DNA of 63,881 nt, the filler included, from Pelomyxa schiedti (Eukaryota > Protista > Evosea): assembly GCA_020536535.1 (NCBI GenBank). It is 9 parts of 9 records of this genome, joined end to end, with 100 filler letters (N's around TTAATTAATTAA, not from the genome) between each part and the next. Parts side by side here need not be neighbours in the genome. Positions count along the whole stretch, not along the records: positions 38,503 to 50,655 come from JAHLWZ010001221.1; positions 50,756 to 51,866 come from JAHLWZ010002818.1; positions 51,967 to 57,981 come from JAHLWZ010001457.1; positions 58,082 to 60,154 come from JAHLWZ010002153.1; 5 more parts are not named here. One strand, 5' to 3'. Positions 46,968-59,183 of the stretch are shown piece by piece (position 1 is the stretch's first letter; each line of letters starts with the position of its first letter). The notes beneath the pieces were generated by a model that was not told the DNA's origin, ran no database searches, and worked only from the letters and a program-made list of their open reading frames with translations. The translations under genes were made by a program, and so were the position numbers.

Positions 46968-49900
46968 ATGTCAGCAGGTACAACCGCCACAACCTCAGCA
47001 GCGGCACCAGAGACAAGTCACGCACCTGGTTCATGCAACTGCAGTGCTTCCAGCCCTGAGGCCGTGCCGCCGTATAGTGTCCGGTGCGGGGTGTGTTGTG
47101 GGACAATAAGGGACCCTGTCTCGCTGTCGTGCGGGCACGCCAACCTGTGCCGCGCCCCCTGCGCCAAGCTGCTCGTCGAGCGCGCCGCGTCGCTGGCCAA
47201 GTTGGTGGCCCTCACCAGCGACCCCGGGGCGACGCCGCCCACGTTCCTCATGGTGTGTACACGTGTGCACACCGCTATTTTTGGCGTGCTGGCGAGTTTT
47301 TGTGCGGCGGCGCCGTCGCTATAAAGTTATTATGGGGCGCCAACGCGGCGCCAGGGTGCCACCACACTCACTGACTATTTGACTGAATAGAAGGGCAAGA
47401 CTGTGTTTGAGGAGGTTGGCAGCCGGGAGGCGGATAGCGCAGCCAGCGGGACCAACTGCTTGTATGTAGAGTGCCCTGTGTGCAGCGGTAAAACTCGCGT
47501 CCCTGTTGATCAGGGTGTCAATGCATTGCAGGCATTCCATCCTCCCCCTACCACTCCAACCATCTGAATTAATCCGGGTTAAGTAGACGGATGCGGAGAT
47601 GCAAGCTAGTGTCGAGTCATACTTGGAGAATGAGAAAATGTCATCGGTCTGTGAGATATGTGAGGAGAAGCCCGCCGAATATAGGTGCACATGTGGCGTA
47701 CTTGTGTGCAAAAACTCAAAGTGTACAGCTGCTACCAAAAAAATGCATGCCAAGGCTGCTGATCATCCTGTGATCTTTTCTTTGTCTTTTTGTTTCTCTT
47801 ACTCTTACTGCAGCTGGTACTGAACCGTCTCTCTGAAATAGGGTACTCTTCCTCTTGTGTTGTTATCCTTACAACTATTAAGAATATCGCAAATACAGCG
47901 CTGCATCGAGCATGGAAAACCTTACGAATTTTGGTGCACCAAGGATCAAGTTCCTGTGTGTTACATGTGCCTGCGCTGTCCTGCGCATCAAGACCCACAA
48001 TCGGGAAATTCCCACCCCTCAGTTCTCTTGACAGAAGCTGTCAGGGAAATGCAGGAAGAGGTACTCACTCAGGCAACACGAATTGATGGAAAAGCAACTG
48101 AGATTAAAGCTTCATTGGATCAAATTGGAGCTGCGAGATTGAAACTTGAAAATGTTAAATGAATTTTTCATGTGCCTTTCATAATAATGGGCAGACTTGT
48201 GAAGCCTTGAGAAGGGAAGTGAACAGGGCTTTTGATGAACTATGCAAGCTAATTGAGACCCGACGAAAGATTGTCCTTGATGAAACTGGACAACTTGAAA
48301 AATCTAGTGGTCAATGCCACAAGTGATCCAGTAACAATAACCACAAACCTAGATATCCTTCTTGCTGCACAACAAGATTGCTTCACTATGCAGCATCAAC
48401 TGTTAAGTAGTGCCTCAATAAAAGCAAAAGCTATTGGAAGGTCTTCTGATCCTATTGATCTATGCACTAACTTCGTGAGAATAAAACCCAAACTAGAATC
48501 TGTTTTGAATTTCAAGGTAATCTGGAACCTTTTAAGCAGCACTTCACTCATTATGGGCTTCAGGCTGTCTTAGAACCATGCTGCTCAACCGAAGTATACT
48601 TTAGCTCTAATCCTCAATGGGCCGGTGAAGCAAACACATTTGGCACTTTATGCTTCGGTACTGCCTGGTTTTGGAGAAATATTTATGTTCTTTCTTTTCC
48701 AGGAGTTGATTTGGGGAAAAGTCGTTTGTCAACAACAATTCAACCCACACTTCCACTTGTTGGAATGCCAGTTGAGGTCACTATCACTGTTTCACATCTG
48801 GCAGACCTGTGTGGCTCACCAGTTCCGAGTATTCTTATTGTTCCTTCACTACAGCGGCTGAAGACCACAATTTCTGACTCCGCTCAGTCATTCAGTCCAG
48901 CAGATACAGAATCAATTCAAGTCAGAAACCGAAGGGGCACAAGAGATAGTGACATATCAGCCGTTATTAACATTACCTGGATCCCTCTGAGACATGGACT
49001 GCATACCATCTACATTGGTACAGTTTCAGTTGGAACAGTCAACGTCCAAGGTATCACACTGGGTCCTCTTTCTACAAGTATCATTCCTAATGTTACTGTC
49101 AGATGTCGATTTGAGACAAACAGTGATTTTAAATGCCCCAGCCTGTTGCAATGTCGGAACACCAACAACTGTCAAGATTCAAGTTAGTTTTTCCTTTTTA
49201 AAAATTCACTAAAGATCTTTGCAGCCCAAATATATATCTGGAGAGCAAGTGGCCGAGGAACGGCTTCAAGTGTTATCAGATTTAATATCCATGAGATACG
49301 CGGTTCTCTCCCAGCAGTCGGAGGTAATGGATGACCAGTGGAATCCTTGTCAAAATGTGGGTTCAATATCCATCCACGTAACCCTGCCGGGTGCACACTT
49401 TTTATATGTGGAGGGCAAACACAAGTTTCCCAGTCAACAACAGCATAAATGGACACCGATTTGTGGGTCACCTATTCAATTCCTTGCCACACAGGTGGAC
49501 ATTTCCAAGTGTAGGATCAACAATGTGCCAAGCCTTGCTGTGCTCAATGAAGCCCTGAAGTTGCAGATTCAGGTACTCAGTTCGCTAATAATACTAACTG
49601 AGTCTAAGAGTATTTCGCACTTTTAGCTTTTTGACCAAAATGGCAATGAAGTTGACAAAAACCGAGTTCTGCAAGGGGGGATCAAATGGAAAACAACAGT
49701 TGAGGCCGCACCCGGGAAAGGTCCTCAAGGCCAAATGATAGTGTCGGAGGATTATACAGAGCACATTGTTACTCTAAAGCCAGTGACTTGCGGATGGTGT
49801 AAGGTCACTGTTGAAGGCACAATTGATGGGTCAACATTCCAGGCTGTCTCCGGGTCACCGTTTACTCTCCTGAGTGGTAGGTTTTCTGCTTCCTGTGTCC

Positions 49901-50459
49901 TTAAACTCACTTTCTTTCCTCAGGAATGCAGGCTATAAGTGTTGTGTGGGACAGGTGCAGTACCACCACTACTACTATATCTAATCAGGGAAGCACATTT
50001 GATGGCATACAGGGACCCGTAGTAGCCATATCCTCCCAGGAAATTACCGTGCCAACATACTACGAGGTGAAAGTTGAGAGGAGAGTCTGCTGTGGCTGGT
50101 TTGGTCTTATTGACATGGTAACAGGCCAGGGGGACCCTTCATCTGTGCGCGTCAATACCAGCACAGGGTTCTCATTCCACACAACCAGTGCCTCGGGAAG
50201 GCTTCTACAGAACCGTGACGAAGTATGTGGTGATTTTAGCGCCATCACAGATGGCTCAACCGTTGGTGTGTGTGTTGTGCCACATGATTCCAATGGGTCT
50301 GTGCGCTTCTTCCTCAACGGGGAACAAGTGGGCACTGCCATAAACAATGTAAAAACCACGGGGATGGTGCCGGCTATAGACTTTGATAGAGGGGGACGAG
50401 TGACATCTGCCCCAGCCGGCAAAGTTCCAGAAGCACTCCTCAATTTATTCAGGCTTTAA
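46968..50459 (+). CDS. TRIM-like protein: RING, two B-boxes, coiled coil, Ig/filamin-like repeats, SPRY-like C-terminus
   Basis: CGVCCGTIRDPVSLSCGHANLC, CEICEEKPAEYRCTC, CIEHGKPYEFWCTKDQVPVCYMC, filamin-type GSP motifs (VSGSPF) and a C-terminal YYEVKV...GSTVGV...VRFFLNGEQVG...VPAIDF. Confidence 0.75.
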
Positions 50460-50655
50460 AATCTTTACTTTGTGGCACCCTGAAAATGGGATGAAACACT
50501 TTTTTTTTGCACCTATCCTTTTTGGTTTATGTTGTTTGTTTTTGGCCATATCAGGATGTTGCCGATTTTGTTTTTGGGTGTTGCTTGGGAGTGGTGACAG
50601 GGGTGGAGGAGGGGTCAAAGATTCGTCTCTCCTTTTCGTACATTTGACTGGTTTG

Positions 50656-50755
50656 NNNNNNNNNNNNNNNNNNNNNNNNNNNNNNNNNNNNNNNNNNNNT
50701 TAATTAATTAANNNNNNNNNNNNNNNNNNNNNNNNNNNNNNNNNNNNNNNNNNNN
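50656..50755. other. Artificial contig linker
   Basis: N-TTAATTAATTAA-N. Confidence 0.98.
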
Positions 50756-50989
50756 TTTAAATCTCTAATCTCTTAAAAAGATCCTGAGCTTAGGCTCTAA
50801 CAAAACCGAACCTGGACATCACCGGAGGCAGTCTGGGGACGACTGCATGGCCGAGGACCATGTGCTGGAGTGACTTTTGTCTTCCCTAAGTGAATGTTCG
50901 TTTTGGTGTTGTTTGAATTAATTGCAATGATGATTTACATTGTGAATTCATTCCGGGGGTCACTTTGGAATGGCATGGGAACTTGTTGC

Positions 50990-51450
50990 TGGCAGTGTTG
51001 ATGCTGCTGCTAATACTGGGTTCTCTCATTGGAGAGGTGTTCAGTGACATGGCCTGTGAATGACAGTGACTTGCTGGAAGCCTGTTGTCTGAAGCTTGTA
51101 GGGGAGGAAACATGGATGTTGTCAAGGGGGTGATGTTGAGGTTTGGTGCTGGAAGTGAGAAATGGGAGTTGGTCCAGCCTTTCCAGGTTGCTGTGAATCA
51201 GGGCCACATGAGTGTCGTGAAGTGGTGGGTATCGTCCACTGTTGCTGTGGATGCACGCAGAGAAAAAAGAGTCTGGTGAGGAAGCTGACAAAGTTTGAGT
51301 TTGTTGATGCCTGTATCGCCAGTCCAAAGCTTTCCACACAGTGATTATGTAAAGAAAGAGGTCAAGAGATAATGAGGACACTCAAGCTTTCTAAGGCCGA
51401 CTGCAACTTCAGCCGAAACGAAGAGCACCAACTGTGCTACTGGCTTTGAA
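50990..51450 (+). pseudogene. Disrupted ankyrin-repeat-like fragment
   Basis: LSEACRGGNMDVVKGVM and FQVAVNQGHMSVVKWWV are ankyrin-like, but the flanking similarity changes frame and contains stops. Confidence 0.4.
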
Positions 51451-51703
51451 ACAGTCTGTGGCGCAGGGAATCCATCACACCTCGCCACACAGTCTGTTAA
51501 AAAAAAAAGTTGTCAAACTACAAAAAAAAAGGAGACTGAATCGCATAGTTGGTCCTCAGAGTGGTCACGCTGCATAGTTAGCAGTAGTAGGACCACGGGA
51601 ACCTGCAGGCGAACAACTGTGAGGACTAACATTCAGATTTTCTCACTCTTCCCGTCAATTGTTACAGAGACCACAGAGCCCTGTAAATGAATTTTGGGAA
51701 ACG

Positions 51704-51866
51704 ATGATGATGACCGACGATAGCAGTGACGATGCCGGCACAGTACGAGTACAACATCAGCAGCAAGGAGAAGGGAGAGCCGAGATGCAATCCCTCGCTG
51801 CGTCGACTGCGACGAGCACACAGCTGGCAACTGATTGCCTGAGAGCGTGGGCCGACGACGGCGACG
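51704..51866 (+). CDS. Possible 5' end of a gene truncated by the contig end
   Basis: MMMTDDSSDDAGTVRVQHQQQ... stays open to the linker; no recognisable domain. Confidence 0.25.
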
Positions 51867-51966
51867 NNNNNNNNNNNNNNNNNNNNNNNNNNNNNNNNNN
51901 NNNNNNNNNNTTAATTAATTAANNNNNNNNNNNNNNNNNNNNNNNNNNNNNNNNNNNNNNNNNNNN
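51867..51966. other. Artificial contig linker
   Basis: N-TTAATTAATTAA-N. Confidence 0.98.
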
Positions 51967-51982
51967 CAGGGTGGCCTCTATT

Positions 51983-54604
51983 ATGGTTTCGGTGATGCCG
52001 CCGCCATCGGCATCGCGGTCGCGGCCTAGCCGACACCCGCCGCCATCTGCCTCGGCCTCCTCGGCCTCAGCGTCGCGTTCATTACGTGTGCCCTCACGCC
52101 CAACACAACCGCAGCAGCAAAACGTGCCTCACTTCCAACAGCCCATTGGAATCACTGGCACTAATACTAATACTGCTAGTAGACGCGCGAGGGTTGCTCC
52201 TACACCTGCAAATGCAAATTCGATTCCATTGCCACCACGACCACAACAATCTCGCAGAGTACAGCAACGTGTGGGTGTGGGCGCGGCTGTGGCCCCTCAG
52301 CCGCGTGCCGCGCCTCGCCCGCAACCTCAGCCAAAGATTCCGACGCCATCTGGCACTCTGGAGAACTTCCTGCAGCAACGCGAAGTGCTGGAGCCCAATG
52401 GACTTGCTGTGGAGGATTGGGTCATTGATTCGCGCGAGGAGATGGACTCGGTTTTTCCGTATAATGATGGGAAGGAGTGCAACCTGCCTTATAATACCGG
52501 TTCAAGAACACTCCCACAGGTGAATAGCTTATGTGAAAACTTGCATCAACAGTATACATAAACAGGTATTTGAGAATTACCAGAAGGCGAGACTATCCTT
52601 CTCCCAGGCGTTGGTGAACTTGGCGGAATGTAAAAAGAATACCGATGCCCTTCTCAAAAATGGTTCGAGACAATATATTTCCCCGAATTTCACGGCATGA
52701 AGGATCACTTATGTACCTTCGCGAATTACTATGCGACCAATCTCCAAGTGTTCAGCGTAATGCAGCACAGGTATCTTTTTGTGGCCCTTTTTTTCCTACT
52801 GAAAGAGTTAGGCTCTCGGAAAACTGGCAAATGCCAGTATTGATTCAGCACAACAAGTTGTGGATGCCGGGATTCAAGCCCATTTGGTGAATTGCCTATC
52901 CTCTCCAAATGTACAGCTCCATTTTATTGATTTCCCACTCCCCAGTTTCTCAGAAATTTGTTACGCGTGCTGCAGCATATGCCTTGGGGTCAGTGGCAAA
53001 GCACAGCGCACTCCTGGCACAGTACGTTGCGAATTCTGGTTCACCTGCACGCCTTTGCGAATGCCTTGTTTGTGCTGACACGCAGACTAACCAGTCTGCT
53101 GCCCATGCTATTGCATGTATTGCAAGGCACAACCCTGGTAAGTTAATCGGTACCATTAACATATTTTTTTACGGTCAATAGAACTATCTTGGAGTGTTGT
53201 AAACGCCGGCGCAGTGTCTCCTTTAGTTCTGTGTGTTGACAATGTCAACTTTTCCTTAAAACGGATTGCCCTTTCTGCCTTGGCCAATATTTCCAAGCAT
53301 AATGCGGATGTACTTTCTACTTTCTATCCATTACCGCTGAACGCTCTAGTTGGCAGGGAAAGTTGTTGATGCTGCTGCAGTCCCTTTTGCCGCTTCCCTT
53401 ATTTCCTGCGACGTATGTGCTCCTTTTTCTTCACACTAGAGCGAAAGTAAATGTTTCCCTCAGGACCCACAGCTCATCTGTCAAGCTGTTGTTTTTCTCA
53501 CTCAAATCGCTAAGCACACACAACCTTTCGCCGAAATCGTTGCCGATTTTATTTTATCTTCTGTTGTATATCTATTTTACCGAGAGGGGTCAGATTCAAC
53601 CACCAAAAGGTATACAGCATCTCTCCTGAAGGAGATCTCCAAGCACACCCCACAGGTATTATATTCCCCCGAAATGTCACGTTCTAATTGTGATTGTAGC
53701 TTGCCGCCCTCGTAGCAAAAGCAGGCGGGATTGCTGCTTTAATAGATTACTTAAAAAGCCTCACTCAAGGGATACTGATTCCCCTTGACGAGCCAGCGAT
53801 TTCCCCTGCTGTCGTAGCACTTGGGTTCATTGGATCCGGTAATGGACACTTAGCCTTGGAAATCATCAGCGAAGGTGCAAAGATATTGGAATTTGTTCTG
53901 GCTCACAGTACATCTGATTCATTGAAGGTAACTCTCCACAGAAAAATAGGCATGATTTAAACCAATTAATACAGGTGTGTTGTGTGTGGGCAATATGGCA
54001 CATTGCAAAGCACTCCCAAAAAACCGCAACAGCTGTTGCTGAGAGTACTAGTATAATGAAAACTCTTATCCGAACTCTGCAAGTAGTAGGCAAGAAAGAA
54101 CGACAACTACATTACCAATGATTTTCTTTTCCAAGACCACATCTCCGGAACTTAGGAAGAAATGCGAGAAGACTCTCGAATGTATTATACACACATGCGC
54201 CTCTTCCGCTTTATTCCCGCTTATCGATTCTCCTCCAGAAATCCTAGTAATAATTCATAATTCATCCCTCTAGTTCTTTATAACTTCTAGACAGGTGCAC
54301 GTTCTCCAAGCCTTTTCAGAAATTCTACCCAAAGACCTAAATGCCAGGAAACAATTTGTTGCAACCGGCTGCTTGACCAACATCCAGCGGCTTAGTACGG
54401 ACACCACCCAAATCCAAGTAAATGACACTATTTCCGGCAGATAGAACTAACTCATAACAGACCCTTGTATCATCCATAAATTCGTGTTACCCTCCTGATG
54501 TTGTTGGCTATTGTTGTCCGGATTTTCCAAAATCCGTGCCATTGGTTCCAGCTCCTATTGACATAAATGGTAACAAAACCACAACCTACAATTTTCCATT
54601 ATGA
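51983..54604 (+). CDS. SPAG6: SPAG6/PF16-like armadillo-repeat axonemal protein with a long N-terminal extension
   Basis: QVFENYQKARLSFSQ, ALGKLAN, RAAAYALGSVAKHSALLAQ, IARHNP, VNAGAVSPLVLC, LKRIALSALANISKH, LLKEISKHTPQ, ARKQFVATGCL and INSCYPPDVVGY are colinear with SPAG6. Confidence 0.85.
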
Positions 54605-54731
54605 CTTTTCCTCAGGCGGTACTCTGTAAGTAATGTACATAAAAAAAACCACAAAAATGTGTATTGTCATAAATCCACATTTAATACACCCTTCTTTCCA
54701 GAAGGTTGGTGTCTGTGTCTGTTTCACAACA

Positions 54732-57216
54732 TTACACTTTGTTCATTGCATGTTGATTGCCTTTGTGTGAATTCGTGGTCACTGTGATGCCAGGCTGTGC
54801 TGAATGTTGGTTTGCCTTGACCAACACAAACAGAGTGGCACCAGCAACACCAAAGACTGAGCCCATGAACCCACCAAACGATTCCAGTGTTCTGCCAGTT
54901 GCAAGGCTCACCCCAATTTTGTTGAACTGTCCAACCATACTGTGTGTTTTGGATGAGTGCAAAAAATTCACAATGGGGGCGAAACAAACCAAAGTGACGT
55001 GGGTGATGTCACCCGCAGAAGGAACACTGTGCACAGGCACAACAGGAATGATACCAAACAGTTAGACACAAAACATAGCCTTATCAGCGAGTCCCCATTT
55101 ATTGTGCTGAGAGTTTGTTAGTAAAAGGGTCATTCAGAATGTATATACCTTGTGACTGAGATGTTGAAGGATCCAAGACAAATGAGGATGACCGCCAGAA
55201 TGGCGGCAGACATGAGGTTGATCACCAACACACTGCTCAAAGGTGACGAAGGACTTCGGGAAATCACACGAGAGTATGAAAGCTTTACATTGATGAGTGT
55301 TTTGTGGGAGATGAGGGAGCGTACTGTGAAAAAGGAAGTGAACAACGCATTGGCGGAAATCCAAGCCAGGTTGTTGAAATCCCATGCAGGAGAGGGACTT
55401 CCCAGTGAGAAGAAGAAACAAGAGACAGTCTGCCATTCGGTGAGTTCAGTACGAAAAAAGTTCCGGAAACACACCATGACAAGGAAACTCACGGCAGTGC
55501 ACAGAGTCATTGGCCGGTTGAACACCAACCAATCACCCACTGCCGTCATCAATGAAGAGAATGACTTCCAGAGAAAAATTGTTGTGACCGGCAGGAATTT
55601 GAAACTAGTGAAACTGGGTGAGCCTCGCCAAAATTTTTGGTGAGTGGTTACCTCAAAAAACTTGTTCCAACCATCCCGACGAAGCTGAGACTGCAAGGAA
55701 TGCATTCCAGCAGGGTCCGCTTGTCAATTCGGAAATCCAGAGCCTTGCTCACAAAAAATATTGAAAGAAAGGCCACCGCAATCAGAACCTTCATAGATCG
55801 AGTGAGAAGACTGAATTAAGGGAAAAGCGAACACGAAAGAAAACCTGCGAAAACGCCAGGAAGAGGAAATACATTTCAGGCAACAGCTTTTGAAAGAGAG
55901 GGAGCAAAAAGAGTCGGTTGAATGTGCCCGCACCCAGTGACATCACAGCGTAGGAAGCAGACAAAAATATAACCCACCAAGGTGACCGCAACCATCTATG
56001 TTCTGCAGTTGGCGCAAGATTTGATCGTAGCACTGCCCGCTTCTTCCGCAGAGCGGTGGCAATGGCACATGCAATCAACACCGATCCTCCAAGTAAGCAA
56101 TATGTAGTCACCTTCCAGAGAGTTTCTGCAGATTCCATGTTGCACTTATACAAGTTGTTAAGTACGGACGAGAAATCACCCCAAGTCAGAGCGTAGTGGT
56201 GGATTCCAACTGGATTCTCATCACCAGTGTGAACTCCACACGCAGTCACTGGATTGAACATATCAATTGGAAATGTGCAATAAGCATTGGGATGTGCCAC
56301 TGCATGCCGCGCCACAAACTGTGGACCGAATGTATCAAGTACTTTGTCGCGGGACGTGTACGAATTCCTGTTTTTCCCCAAGCTGTTTGCAAAGTCCCCA
56401 ATCATTGCTCCAATAAAAGGACTTTTTGTTGCGGAATACATCAGGAAGTTGGAGATCGGTGTCGACTTGATCGCTCCGAATGATGGTGGGGGAACGTTGT
56501 GGCTGTCACTGTTGTTGTTGTTGTTGTTGTTGTTGGTCAACACCGGAAGGAAAGGATCCAAAGGCAAGAGCAACTCGTAATCCAAATCGGCGTACACACC
56601 ACCGTAAGCATACAACACCATCAGCCGGGCCGCGTCCGCGCGAATGACAGGTGTGTCAATTGAAAGGTACAAGGCGTACATGTCAGGGTAAACTCGGTGC
56701 ACCATCTCTTCCAGGCTTTCGCCGTCCCATAGCAAGTAAGTAAAGTCTGAAGGGCAAGTGAGAAAAAATGAAAGCGGAGGGAAACAAAGACTCACCAGGG
56801 TTGAGGCGCCTCCACGCCTGCGTGTATTCCAAGAATCTCGTGGGAATTTCCGGATCTGAAGCGGCCTTCTTGATGTTGATTTGATGGATGATCTTTGGCA
56901 CTACCCTGCCCTCGCTGCCTAAATTATTAACATCGCCATCGCGGCACCAGCAAGATACGTTCCCGCCATCGGCTGATGACATTCCCGTGTCCCATAACGG
57001 CTTCATTTTCTCTGCCAATTTCCTCCCCCACGAAACTTGTTCATCAAGCGCGTGTTGTGATTCCTTTGACAGAGCGAAACTGAGAGCATGGGGAACGAGG
57101 AACCCACTTGCCAATGATGGCAACTCCGAATCGGCACCAACGCTCCCTCTTGTTAATTGAAGGATGCACATTACCACAATGGCAAACTCCCACAATGGCA
57201 ACACCAACACTCTCAT
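54732..57216 (-). CDS. Fusion: GT32 (Och1/Sur1-like DXD glycosyltransferase) + TM + GDP-sugar nucleotide-sugar transporter
   Basis: Hydrophobic N-terminus, VPKIIHQ, W..LNPD, RADAARLMVLYAYGGVYADLD and HHYALTW. The same exon then carries a TM and SYAVMSLGAGTFNRL. Downstream spliced exons give LPVTTIFLWKS, WISANALFT and RVTSPTSL-SMVGQFNK. Confidence 0.82.
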
Positions 57217-57510
57217 CCTCGTATATTTATATGTGTTGTTTGTACGGCAACGTCGTCGTATGAATTTGTTTGTTTTTTTTCTCTTTAAAGGGGAGTCAAA
57301 GGCAGGACTGTCGTGCCTATCCCTTGATTGCTTTTTTTTTCCTTTTTAACTTTACCCCCAACCAAGTGGGCGATGTCATTTTACCTTTTGTGGGGATAGA
57401 TCCACACATCCCTGTGATTGTGCCTTTCTGGGCAATTGGGTACACGGAAAAGGCAGATCCAATGCACTTCAAAGTGTGGATATACAAAGGCCAAATTTCC
57501 CTGGATCTCT

Positions 57511-57981
57511 TTAAGATAAGAAACACGAAAAGGGAGCTTCGAGGTTGTAACAGTCCCAGTCAGGAAAATTCAGTGTCAGGACAACAACGCCAGTGATTGG
57601 CTCGATGACTTTAATACCGGCGCTGTACCTCACAAACATGAGTCCTGACTCGGCAGCCACCAGAACGATTTCATTCTTGCTGGAGCAGTTGATCCGGTGC
57701 TTCATTTGCTGAGTGACGTCATCACGGTGGTACAGACCAAACATTCCCCCTTTGCAAAGTGACAGACAGAGCACAGAGTCTGACAAACGCATTACATCGT
57801 ATTTGGTGGCATCATTATCTGGGAAGAGAACGGGTGTGGCATTGCCCACTCCTTCGGCACCACTGAACATGTGGTATTTGTTTGAGCCCTTGATAATGAA
57901 AGTGCGTGACCCATAACCAGCAGAACACCGGTCCCAGTTCCTCATGACAAAATGAAGCTTCCACGATTGGCGCGTTGGCAA
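57511..57981 (-). CDS. 3' end of an uncharacterised beta-rich protein (5'-truncated)
   Basis: 156-aa open frame running to the contig edge with beta-strand-like composition; no family recognised. Confidence 0.45.
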   Translation of the reverse strand: MPTRQSWKLHFVMRNWDRCSAGYGSRTFIIKGSNKYHMFSGAEGVGNATPVLFPDNDATKYDVMRLSDSVLCLSLCKGGMFGLYHRDDVTQQMKHRINCSSKNEIVLVAAESGLMFVRYSAGIKVIEPITGVVVLTLNFPDWDCYNLEAPFSCFLS

Positions 57982-58081
57982 NNNNNNNNNNNNNNNNNNN
58001 NNNNNNNNNNNNNNNNNNNNNNNNNTTAATTAATTAANNNNNNNNNNNNNNNNNNNNNNNNNNNNNNNNNNNNNNNNNNNN
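57982..58081. other. Artificial contig linker
   Basis: N-TTAATTAATTAA-N. Confidence 0.98.
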
Positions 58082-58631
58082 AGAGGGAACACAATGGCAA
58101 GTGGAAGCTTCAGCGAGGGTTGGAGGGTGATGAGAGGTTCATTGGGATGCCTTGTGTGTGGTCTCAGCTCTCTGAGTTGCTCCCTCAGGCTCAACAAGCC
58201 ATGTTTGATCTCATGGTTTCCAAGGCAACGTCATCCTCTGCCTCTTTTGCATCATCTGGTTTTCACCAATTCGACAATACTCATTCCAGCCAGCAACAAC
58301 AACAACCAAGGTCATCAACAACAACAACAGCAGGAGGAACAACTCTTCCAGGATGCACAGCCGCATCAACAACATCGACAGTGTCACCAGCCTTGCCTTC
58401 ATCATCAGTTTGCATGGAATGTGAAGAGAGGCCACCTGACGTGCAGTTGCAGCCTTGTGGCCACGTTGTCCTGTGCTCCCAGGTATGTGTGTCTTTCTGA
58501 CTGTGTGAATCACCACCCTTTTTTTTCCCTCGAACCTAACAACCACACACAACAAACACACACAGTGTGCAGCAGTCATGAAAAAGTGCCCTCGTTGTCG
58601 CTCCTTCATCAAGAACCAAATGCATCTGTAG
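58082..58631 (+). CDS. 5'-truncated protein ending in a RING-HC finger
   Basis: CMECEERPPDVQLQPCGHVVLCSQ [intron] CAAVMKKCPRCRSFIKNQMHL*. Confidence 0.8.
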
Positions 58632-58706
58632 CCGCGACGTGACATGAAATTCCAACAAAAAACCTTGAGTCAAGTAAAAAAAAGCTCGCTCGCCCCTGCG
58701 ATAGTG

Positions 58707-59183
58707 ATGCCACAAGGAGGGAGGACAAGCACACGGCGCGGTGCAGCGGCAGTGCTGGTCGCGGGGGCGCTGTGGTCCGGGGGCGCCGCGGCGGCGGGGG
58801 ATGGCGACGAGTGGGTGGGCGGGGTGCCGCTGGACGACGTCACCAACAGCTACACCGCAGCGTGCTACGTCTCGCTGGTTGTGGCGTGCTGCGTGCTCGG
58901 CGTGGCCAACAAGTGCTGGTGCATCCACCGCAAGCCTGCAGGCCCAAGCACCCCTACAGGTCCGTCACACCCCCAAGGGCCCCGATTTCCCCCGCGGTGC
59001 CGCACAGCACCTCAAAGTACATTATGGGAGACTACGCCGGCGCGAACCATCAACAACCCCCCCGGGCCCGGTGGCGGCGGCGGCGGCGGCGTTCCCGGTT
59101 CCAGTTCGCCCACGCCGAACCAGAATTGTGGGAATGGTGGTGGAGGTGGTGATTCTTCTGCTGGGGCTATTGGAGGGTGGTAA
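58707..59183 (+). CDS. Small putative single-pass membrane protein with a Pro/Gly-rich tail
   Basis: Signal-like AAAVLVAGALWSGGAAAA, TM ACYVSLVVACCVLGVA, and GC-rich coding-like sequence. Confidence 0.4.
   Translation: MPQGGRTSTRRGAAAVLVAGALWSGGAAAAGDGDEWVGGVPLDDVTNSYTAACYVSLVVACCVLGVANKCWCIHRKPAGPSTPTGPSHPQGPRFPPRCRTAPQSTLWETTPARTINNPPGPGGGGGGGVPGSSSPTPNQNCGNGGGGGDSSAGAIGGW

Noticed and set aside
51704-52100. Joining the ORF before the 51867 linker to the SPAG6-like gene
   Set aside because: The two are separated by an artificial linker and belong to different contigs.
55152-55643. 163-aa plus-strand charged, coiled-coil-looking ORF
   Set aside because: It is the antisense shadow of the hydrophobic transporter exons.
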